From Thalia democratica (lineage: Eukaryota): a DNA stretch of 64,000 bases. Each line of letters starts with the position of its first letter. Positions within the stretch are counted from its first letter, which is position 1. The notes below the pieces were generated by a model, which was not told the origin of the DNA, did not search any database, and worked only from the letters and a program-made list of their open reading frames with translations. The DNA lies in assembly GCA_965202585.1 (NCBI GenBank), contig OZ241831.1, positions 57,164,001 through 57,228,000 of the forward strand, written 5' to 3'. Of this stretch, positions 54,451 to 64,000 are shown piece by piece. The translations under genes were made by a program, and so were the position numbers.

Positions 54451-55860
54451 TCTCCTCTCAAAGCGCGTCATCAAGCCGCAGTTGATCAAATTCTGCCCGC
54501 GAATAATTGCACAAGTATCGATCCATTTTTATTGCCCTCTCTGTGTTTCAGCGTTCCAATTTTTCTCGAACACGCAAATTAATTTTTAATTGGATTCTGT
54601 GCTGCAATTTTTTTTCATGTCCAAGAAAATTTGCATGGACTTGATTAACTGGAAGTCTTGCAAAATTTGATGTAATACTTCTAGTTGAAATTAATTTGCT
54701 AAGAAGTTGTCTTTGCATTTTGTTGAATTAAACAATTGTTTTATGAACTCATTCGAGATAATTTCGTTCGAGCTATTTTTCCATTTGTTTGTAAAAAAGA
54801 TAAAAGTTATAATAAAATTGTATAAATAAAATTTAAATCACTGACTGAAACCCTTTAATTTTAGTTTAGGAAACATTTTTTGACCAAGACAAAATTTAAT
54901 CTGTTACACACTATTTAGTCTTTCTAGCTTATATTTTCTTGGAAATTTTTCTTTAAAGTGAGAAAGTTTTTCATACATTAGAAACTTTTATGAGCTTTAA
55001 CAAAAGTATTAAGTAGCTTTGAATAAAAAATAATTCCAAGACACATGCGCATAATTTACGTCATCATATTTGTTATAAACATAACAGAATATTGAGCCTA
55101 GTTTAAAAAATACTTACCTTTCAACAATATAGATGGATATAGATGTTAAGTTGAGCGATTATAGTTTAGCAAATTATTTTAAAAAGTTAGAAGTAATTTT
55201 TGATAACTAATATATTGAGAAATTGTTTGATATAGACAACGTTAAAACTCTAAATTTGTAAATTTGGTTTAAATCATCAATTGGTGAAAAGTTAACTGAT
55301 ATAGTTTTAGCTTATAACACGATTTTACTTTAGGACATATTTTATGTGTTGTATACAGGCTTGCCTTTCTAACTCATAGTAATTTAAGTTCTGAGCAATT
55401 TTATAATTGATTGAATTTCAAAACATTTTTACAATTGTGAACAATTTGTATATACATATATATATATGATATTAAAGCTATGAAGCAAAACATAATTTAC
55501 CAACACTTAAGGTTTTACCGGTTCTAATTATGTTATAAAACAAAATATGTTTGATCAAGTAAATTATGTTTAAACAACTATACATATTTATATACAAGAT
55601 TAATTATTCAAGATTTTTATTTGCAAAACTAAGTTTCACCCTTTAAGGGATATTCAGTTACAATTTAAATCTTATTCAAATAGGCCAAATTGTAACTGAT
55701 CATTCTTTAAAAGGTCAAACTCAGTTTTGCAAGTAAAAATCTTGAATAACTTATCTTGTATATTTGTCCTCTTATTTTTAAATAGTTAGAGAACTGTTTT
55801 TGTTAAATTTAGAACCTCAAATATAAGTCTACACATATTTATATCTTCAACAAAATACAG

Positions 55861-56072
55861 GTGAGAAGCTGTTCGATATAGACAACGGCAGGGGGCTTAC
55901 CCTTCACGCCGCCCCCACCCAGCACTTCACCATCATCTTCAACACGTTCGTCATGATGCAGATATTCAACGAGATCAACGCCAGGAAGATACACGGCGAG
56001 AGGGACGTTTTCGGCGGCATCTGGACCAACCCCGTCTTCTGCTCCATACTGGTCGGAACTTTCGTTGCTCAG
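55861..56072 (+). CDS. ATP2B: PMCA exon 17 ([10 protein letters not shown]...[25 protein letters not shown]; M8-M9)
   Basis: aatacag / CAG|gtataa, 212 nt. Confidence 0.96.
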
Positions 56073-56149
56073 GTATAACATATATATATTAGTATATATT
56101 TTTCTTTTAAATTATTAGTTTGTAAACTTTTTTTTTTCATAACTATATT

Positions 56150-56535
56150 CAGGGTTTCCACTTTACCTGGAAACTTGGAATTTGAAAGTTTAGGCAAAAA
56201 AAAAACCTGGAAAGATGAGAAATTTTGAAATAAAAACTGGAATTTTGAACAAAATTTGCTAAAAAACCTGGAGAAACCTGGAATTAGAAACAGTTTTTAC
56301 ATGTAAAGTAGAAAAATTTTGATTTGACACAAAAAAATCTATCATATAGATTAAAAAATTTTGTTATCATCAAATTTTATTCTATTAAAAAACACATATA
56401 AAGTATCTTTTAAATGTTTTTATACTATTTAACACAGTCTTTTACCTTAAAATTAACTTTAAACTAAAAATAGACCCAAAAACATGTACTTTCAAAAACC
56501 TGGAAGAGAATTATCAAAAAAGATTGGCAACCCTG
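56150..56535 (+). mobile_element. MITE family A copy 3 (CAGGGTTTCCA...TGGCAACCCTG), intron 17
   Basis: TIRs; shared internal gacacaaaaaa(a)tctatcat and aaactaaaaatagacccaaaaa; fills about 60% of a 640-nt intron. Confidence 0.8.
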
Positions 56536-56712
56536 GTGAGTTTCACCGGATTTCAAAAAGTTGGGTTTCTTCTTAGGTCATTAAAAGTTGTTGGAAGTTT
56601 TAAAATAAAACTTTCATTTTTGAAAATCTTAGTACAACTCTATATTTGTTCTCCACACAGGATAAAACCTGAATGTTTTAAAGTCTTAACTCTATATTTG
56701 TTCTCCACACAG

Positions 56713-56862
56713 GTGCTGATAGTGCAGTTCGGAGGAGTTGCTTTCACCACAACCCCGTTGACTTTATCGCAGTGGCTGTGGTGCATTTTCCTCGGCATGA
56801 TGGAATTGCTGTGGGGTCAGCTCGTTTCATCCATCCCCAACTCTGTCGTTCCCAAGAACCTT
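56713..56862 (+). CDS. ATP2B: PMCA exon 18 (VLIVQFGG...QWLWCIFLGMMELLWGQLVSSIPNSVVPKNL; M10)
   Basis: cacacag acceptor; donor CTT|gttagt chosen for phase 0 compatibility; 3' end slightly less certain. Confidence 0.88.
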
Positions 56863-57398
56863 GTTAGTGGCAATTTTATTAAACTTAAATTGGTTTCGAC
56901 ATTTAAAAAGTTAAACAAAATAATTTTTATTATAAAAACAATTCAACTGTGTCTTGGACCGATTTCGGAAATATTTTTTTTTACGTTTACCTGCATCAAC
57001 TTATTAAGTTTTGTTAACTAAGGTATTTGTAAAAGTGTCATACAAATTTAAACTTAGTAGCCGAATTCATTGTTCCAAAAACCTTCCACCGATTAAGTTT
57101 ATTTTTAGTCGTTTTAAGTGTTTTTATATTTTTTAGTAAGTTTTAAACTATTGAGTGCAGTACACTAAGATTAAAATAATAAATTTGTACAAGTGTCGAA
57201 CAAGGTTGAGCGTAATTCCCAAACAAGATTCCACCACGTCCGTTGTAAGTTACCGAAAGTTGTTTTTACTTCATTGCTAATGTCAAACGGAGGCTTCAAA
57301 ATTTACCCTGCGTATTAGATAGCTTTTTCTGTTTTTTGTTTTGATAGTTTTATTGAGTATTGCAAATTTTTTTTTTATAAACTCAATTGTATCAATAC

Positions 57399-57665
57399 AT
57401 CTTGTATTCTGTCAACAAAGCAAAAAGTAAAATTTTTTACCTAAAAAAAGTTTTCATTGTAATGCAAACAAATAAACTTAAGACTTACTTATAATAGGGA
57501 TGTAATTTAAAAGTAAAATAATCAACAGTTTATATCTTGTATTCTGTCAACAAAGCAAAAAGTAAAATTTTTAATCTAAATGAAGATTTTATTGATGCAA
57601 AAAACGAACTTAAGACTTACTCATGATGGGAATGTAAAAAATATTTAAAATTTCGTCAACAGTTC
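57399..57665 (+). repeat. Tandem duplication, about 135-bp unit x2, second unit ending at the exon 19 acceptor
   Basis: atcttgtattctgtcaacaaagcaaaaagtaaaatttt begins both units; both end in tcaacagtt. Confidence 0.88.
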
Positions 57666-57794
57666 AAGAAGAAGAAAGACGACTCGTCATCGTCGGACGA
57701 CGGCCTCAACGAGCCGGCTCACGACTTCACGGAGGACTCCATCAGGAGGGGACAGATTCTGTGGTTCCGCGGCCTCAACAGGATACAGCAGCAG
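57663..57794 (+). CDS. ATP2B: PMCA exon 19 (FKKKKDDS...IRRGQILWFRGLNRIQQQ; first half of CaM-binding domain)
   Basis: gtcaacag / CAG|gtatgg, 132 nt. Confidence 0.94.
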
Positions 57795-59694
57795 GTATGG
57801 CGTCATAATTGTCGTGTTGTTGTGGAAGTTTTGCGTCAACTGGTGTGAGGCTACCATGTTACAAGAAATCTTATTTTCAACTCTATGCTATCTATGAAAA
57901 TTCAAAAAAAAAATTTTTTTTTTGTTTTTTAAGTTTAGGTAGTGTAACTAAATAACTTCTTTTTATTTTATTTAGCTTCTTTTATTTAGCCTTCCACCAG
58001 TTGATGCGTTGTTTTAAAATAAAATATAAATTTTAAACAAAGTCGCTTCTAGTTACGTCATAGTTTCGTGACGTCATCAAAAAATTGAATTTTGATGACA
58101 AGTCTGTGAGAAAATCAGCCTTTGTAGATTCTCCTATCTTTTGTAAAACTTCTTATAGTCTGTCCTCTTCGAACGTTTTGTCCTTAGATCATGTGTACAG
58201 CTTAGCTTTACTTTGTTAAATTTATTTGTTAAGAGTATTTCTTTTTAATTTTTTATATAAATGTTTTATATATAAAGAAAAACTTTAAAAAAATGAACAT
58301 AAAAAATAGTTTAAATAAATATTCTCTTTTATTTTAATTACAAACTAAAATTGAATATATTTCTAGTTTAGTTTTAGTGTGTAAGTCTTTATAAAATTTA
58401 AGCAAAAATAAATGATAGCTGGTTTTAATACTATTTTCGTTTGAAAATTTGTAAAAACTAGCTAGTTTCAACTAAAACATTTTTATATAAACGCGCTAAC
58501 TCTAAACAAAAAAATGATAATTCTAAACATCTAAGTAAAATTTTGTATACATTCATTAAAACAAACGTCATTTAGTTTATTTTATTTTTTTTTTGTGTCA
58601 ATAATAATTTTTCTGTAAAACATTTTTTTTGACAAAAAGTTTACAAATCTAATTACAAACAGTAGCATTTCCGACAGGGCCGTCTAAAATTAAGATAAAA
58701 TTACAAGATTAAAAGAATAGAGATTTGCCCGTCATATATCAAATTGCGTCATTCACCCACTAATCAGACAGGATTAGACACTCACGAAATTCTATATTTG
58801 CAAGTTTTTCAACATTGATATCAAAATACCTCAGTATTAGAATAACTTCTCAGTTGACTAGTCTAATTTTAGTATTGTTTTAAAACTTTTCAAACTGTTA
58901 AAAAAGTTTAAGATTAAAATTTAAAAGTTGTAATCTTATTTAAAGTGCGCACATTTGTTTTATTCAACTCTGTTTGTTCAAAAAAATTGAGTTTTACTTA
59001 AACTGTCCTACAGTTTGTTTAGTTAATTTTTTTTTTCATAATCAATCAACTATGTGTTTGACAAAAGCTTTTCAGATTTACTTTAAATATGATCAATTTT
59101 GAAAAGTTTTTAAATATTTATAAAGGTGAACTTTACTAAGGTTGCAATTGCATATAGCCGAAATACAGTTTATTTGAATAACTTGTGTAAGACAACCAAG
59201 GAAGATTTTGTTGTTATATTAATTATTCCTCTACTAAAAAAGCTTTATAATTGCAATTTCGCGGAAATTGTTTGTTTTAGTTTAAACTTCTTTGTTCTCA
59301 GAGTTCAATGAACTTTTTAATGTTTGACAAGATGTTGAGAATAAGTTTATAATTTTAATATGTAGTAATTAACATATTTATAGTTTTTAAAGTTTTTAAA
59401 ATTTTATTTTCTTTTATAAACAGTTTACCAACCAGACAAGTGTTAGAGTGCTTTATACAGTTGAGCAATGATGTAATAATATTCAGTCAGTATATATCTT
59501 AATGATTAATATTTTGTCTTTAAAAACATTTTATACTTTATTGAAAAGTATTGGCTAAATATTGCTATTGTGATGGAATTTCTTTTCAATTTTACATATC
59601 TGATTTTTTTCGCATTACTTTATCTATCACTCTTTTACACTTACATTCATCTTTTCTGTTCTCCTACTTCTTATTATTTTCTTACTTGCAACAG

Positions 59695-59766
59695 ATAAAT
59701 GTAGTGGAAGCTTTCAAGCACACGTCTGAAATCAGATCCGGAACTTTGAAGAAGAACACCTCAGAT
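59695..59766 (+). CDS. ATP2B: Candidate alternative splice-site-C exon (INVVEAFKHTSEIRSGTLKKNTSD)
   Basis: Long pyrimidine tract then caacag; phase 0; resembles the second half of the CaM domain (IRVVNAF) and vertebrate site-C exons; donor GAT|gtaata. Confidence 0.72.
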
Positions 59767-61511
59767 GTAATATATTTCTATCTGTTTGTTGTTTTGCCTG
59801 GGTGTCTCTATGTGTCTCATGTGTGTGTCATTTTTATTGTCATTTCGGAATCTGATTAGAAACAAATTTTTTTGGTTCTAGTTTTGTCAATTGACACTTT
59901 TTCTTAGGGTTGTAAACTTTTTTTCCATTGCTGAAAATTTGGGGTGGTCACAGGCTTAAATGTATGTTGCAAAGGGAACTTTTTAGACCATGTAACTAAA
60001 TAAATACTTGAAGCAATTTGCTTTATAAAAATAATCAACAAAAGTAAAGTCAGTTTTGACTACGTTGCTTAGATATAAAAGATTAAAGACAAAAATGATT
60101 ACAATAAATAAACTGAAAGTATGTTAGTGTTTATTTATAAAAAATAAATACTATGTTAAAGAGTCAATTCCACAATACTCAAAAATTTGAAAACTGGTTT
60201 TTGTTCAGATTCCTCCTTTCATGTTATCTTTCTTGTAGCTCGTTTGTTCAAAGTACTAACCGCATCTTTGTGTTTGATTTATCAACAAACTAACAAATTG
60301 TGTGTTTCATATTAATAACTTCCTTCTAAATTTAATGCTAACATGTAGTTTAGGCTATGAATTATAAATAAAATGGTAGGTTTATTTTAATCAATTTAAT
60401 TTTCTTTTTTATTACGTGTTTTTATATGACTTGTTGTTGTTTTTTAAAGCAAGCTAAGTTTGCTTATACTCAAACTTGATGTATAAAATTTCTTTATTGT
60501 AAGATGGTATTAAAAGTGCATAACAGTGTATTAGTATTTAAAATATTACACTGTGAATATTTTAACTTTTTCTTCGAAGCTTGAGGAATTTTTCACTTAG
60601 GGTTTCAAAGAGAAGTTAGAAAATAGTAAGAAGTTTATACATAGATTTCATACCATAATAGTCAAATAAGTTAAGTTTTATTAATAACAATTTGTTCTAT
60701 TTTACTATGTGTGTTCTTTACAAAATTTTTTTTTTTTACTCTTAAAATTCTGTTATGAGTTTTTATCATTTCTTGTTCTTTATAGTTTACTTTATAATGG
60801 GTTAAAAAAATTCTAATTAACAGTTTTTAAATGAAATAAAAATAATATATTTTTAAAGTCTATTTGTTGTGTGTTTTGATTTTACTCTGATGGCTTTTTA
60901 GTTCTCTTATAAATTTCCTAGCTTTATATTTCAGCAAGTGGTGCTTAGAGTTCAACTGTTGATGTTTTATATTTTTAATAAAAAATTGTTGTGATGCTTT
61001 TCGAGTCTACTTTCTCTCCTACTTTCAATAAGAGTTTCTTTCAATACACTTTTAAATTTTGTGTTACTGCTTTTTAGATAGAATTTTTCACAACCTGAAA
61101 TGTTACACTGTTTCTTTGTACTTTTAGCACTTTTTAAGTTTTAAAACTTTTCTTCAACTGTTTTCATGTGAGGATTGTTCGTTTTTCTTGTGACTTGACT
61201 TTTCGAATTGTCATGATTCTAAATAATTCACTTTGAGTTTGCTTTTTCATACCTTTTAACACTCTCTGTGCTTGAAACTTGAGTTTTACAACTATCAATT
61301 ACTTTTTAGTGAAACTTCAAAGGTATCACACTACAATTGGTTGCAAACTCATTATTTTTTTTAACTTTCTTTATATTATATTTATTTTTCCTCTGAAGAC
61401 TTTACTGCCAGAGATTTTTACAACTTGTTCAATATTTTCGCCAAGCTTGTTTTCATTCACACAGCTTTCTATTCATCCTTATAATTTCTTCTCTTAGTTG
61501 TCTCCCCGTAG

Positions 61512-61634
61512 GTTTCGCACCACAACTGGTTGCAACTCCAGCAATTAATAACACCAGACGTAACACCGCAGCCATCTCCACAAGGAAGTCCTCAACACGT
61601 CAGAAAATTCAAAAACCTCCGACAGCAATCTTGA
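61512..61634 (+). CDS. ATP2B: Candidate alternative terminal exon (VSHHNWLQLQQLITPDVTPQPSPQGSPQHVRKFKNLRQQS*)
   Basis: Acceptor tctccccgtag; locally C-rich island; open in phase 0 to TGA 61632-61634; has its own upstream echo at 61321-61345. Confidence 0.62.
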   Translation, partial: VSHHNWLQLQQLITPDVTPQPSPQGSPQHVRKFKNLRQQS

Positions 61635-62421
61635 AGTTTCTTTACTTTTTAATCTTGAACTATTTTATATCTTTTCCTGCTTTCTTTTTATTTTTTATTA
61701 TGAAGTGAAAAAAAATTCTGGTTTTAACTTTTTTATGCTACACTTTTTTTAAATATTAATTTAAAACTATCTCTTAATTTTTTCTTCTTATGTTTTTTTT
61801 TAACTGACTATAATATATTATGTAATATTAAGTGAAAATTACTCAGGGGAGTTACATAATTAAATTTGATAACTAATATTTATAAATTGCAGCTGTTATT
61901 AAGTTATTGTTTTTACTAAAAATGTTGTTTAAGTCATTAAACTTGTTACATAAGGTCACAGTCTTATAAAAATAGTTAGACATTTATAAAAGGTAAAAAG
62001 AAACTAAAAATTTAATAATTTGTGTACAGCTTTTTATTTTTTACTGTAAAACTTACAGTAACACCAAAGTTAACTAATGTAAAGTTCTAACACTTATTGT
62101 TGTAATAATTGTATAAGTTTGTTGTTGTAAGTAGTTTACAAAATAAAATAATTTGGGCAAATCTAAGCTTTAAAAAGCAGCTTAGCGAATTAGAGAAAAA
62201 AAAATCTAAAAAATCTTAACCTAACAACAGTTTTTCTTTTGATTTCAAAGTTTACAGCCGCCCATATAAATGTGTATATAAGTTAAAGTATTTAGACTTG
62301 AAAAAATAAAAAAACTCTAATGTGCACAAAACTGTAATAAAATTAATTACATTTAGATATAAAAACTTTGCAATTATAATTTCTCTAATAATCAAATTAA
62401 TTAAAATATTAATTCCAACAG

Positions 62422-62571
62422 ATCCGAGTGGTCAACGCGTTCAGATCGTCGCTGTACGAGATGTCTTCGAACCGCAACAAGTCCACCGTCAACAACATCC
62501 ACCGCTTCCAACCCCAAAAGTCCGGCCCCCTCGACGACGACGACGAAATCGTCACGAACAACAAGCAGTGA
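62422..62571 (+). CDS. ATP2B: PMCA terminal b-type exon (IRVVNAFRSSLYEMSS...PLDDDDEIVTNNKQ*)
   Basis: ttccaacag acceptor; completes the CaM-binding domain; TGA 62569-62571. Confidence 0.92.
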   Translation: MRVVNAFRSSLYEMSSNRNKSTVNNIHRFQPQKSGPLDDDDEIVTNNKQ

Positions 62572-64000
62572 CGTCACAATTAACACAACTTGGGAGGACT
62601 TTGAAGTTTTTTGAAGATTTTTCGAAGAATTTTGGCGTTTCAAATGTGTTGGCGGGCGTTTTGTGTTTCCGGCGCGAAAAAATATAAATTCAAAGTATTG
62701 GGATGGTAAATTGTTTTAAAAAAGTGAAATTTCTTATATTTGTTTAGTTAAATTACAAAGTCACCCCTTCTTATGAAACTATAGAATCATCAATTTTTAG
62801 TCCCATTTTAAGTAAAAGAAATATTGTGCCATTTTATTAGGTTACACAATTTTATACATAGTTTAAAAATAGATTTACTCTCAATGTTACCACTTATACA
62901 GCTTTTTTGACTCAAGTTTTATTTTATTGATGCGCAGTTTTTTATTTTTGTCTACAAAGATGCTTTTCGGAAAAACAGCTTGAATTTTGTCCAAAACCTC
63001 AAAAATTTTCGTTGTTTTTTCGACAGAGTGTTTTATTTAACTTTTTATTGTTGAGATTTTTTAAGTGTGCTATTTCATTTTCGAGTGTTTAATTTTTTCT
63101 TCTAATTCACCAGCTTTAACGACTTTCAAGCTCACAAAAACAAAATACACTTTCTTGACGCACAATCTTTTCAATGTTACACTTTCATTCTATTTCAGCT
63201 ACAAATATATTAAAACTTCAGTACATTAGATAAAAACCTTTGTAATTAAAAATTTAGTCTTAAATTGACCCCAAAATAACTCCAACTTTTCGCTTATTTT
63301 CGTCGCTACAGAAAAATTGAATGAAAAAAAACACCGTCAATTCATAATGCAGTTTTTGTGAAGCACTATTAATTTTTCATGTCACTTCTTATATATTTAT
63401 GTTCACCATTTACTGAGCTGTGTTACGTCACAATTTAACTTCCACAAAGCACGAATAACAATGAACTCCAAAATTCGAAATACTATAGGGGGCTATACGA
63501 ACCATTATGCATATTTTTCTAACTTCTTTTCTCTTCTGCATACATAACTAAGGTATATCTAACTCTACTACTATATATATATATTATAAGTTATTTTTTG
63601 TATTTGTTCTATTTTGTTTTAAATTGTTCAAAGTTTATTTTTAAGAGTTCTTTTTGCCTACCACTAAAAGCGTTTTTTTTTACAATTTTTTGATTTAATT
63701 GACCTCTGCATAAAGCATGTAAGGAACTTTAGAAGATTTATTTAGTTTAGTTCATAAATAAAATAAAAAAAGCATGTTGTTTTTGTTTTTATTCATTTTA
63801 ACTTTGACCTTTTTAAATTTTTAATTCGTAAGAATAAATTTTTGACCCGTTTGGTAAAAAAGTGTGTATCTTATTTTAACTGTAAGTTTACAAAGTTATT
63901 TTTATCATTAAAGTACTTATGTGTATTCAAGTTAAACTGACTAACTTGAATATTATATAAGTAAATTATTTATTAACTTGTGCAATTTATGTATCTTTTA

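Noticed and set aside
54450-54760. GC-richer segment after the minisatellite, possible decayed coding or TE fragment on the minus strand
   Set aside because: Frames are interrupted by stops and I recognise no family.
62322-62687. 121-aa ORF spanning the last exon
   Set aside because: Its frame through the exon differs from the IRVVNAFRSS frame required to complete the CaM-binding domain.
62572-64000. Poly(A) signals (AATAAA at 63757, 63762, 63832; also 62142 and 62305 for the alternative end)
   Set aside because: AATAAA is frequent by chance at this AT content; no site can be singled out.

Overview
AT-rich eukaryotic (invertebrate animal) genomic DNA, roughly 20-25% GC in introns by eye. 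It holds one long + strand gene, a plasma-membrane Ca2+-transporting P2B ATPase (PMCA/ATP2B family). I assembled 20 coding exons from ATG 6430 to TGA 62571, all with GT-AG boundaries and consistent phases. They total 3423 nt (1140 aa) and carry the PEGL, DKTG|TLT, KGASE, TGDN, GDGTND and calmodulin-binding motifs. Two further candidate exons lie at splice site C (59695-59766 and terminal 61512-61634). The rest is introns with non-autonomous DNA transposons (MITEs) and tandem repeats; I found no other gene, RNA gene or CRISPR array. Two features stand out. (1) At least 13 of the 20 exons are flanked by serial, same-orientation partial copies ('echoes') of their own splice junctions, acceptor echoes only upstream and donor echoes only downstream, differing from the live exon mostly at third codon positions. 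(2) Composition is mirror-symmetric around exons: A/C-rich upstream flank, G-rich 5' half, C-rich 3' half, G/T-rich downstream flank, with GC3 above 90% in several long exons. The organism cannot be determined here; a tunicate or other invertebrate chordate is a guess. All counts are manual tallies.
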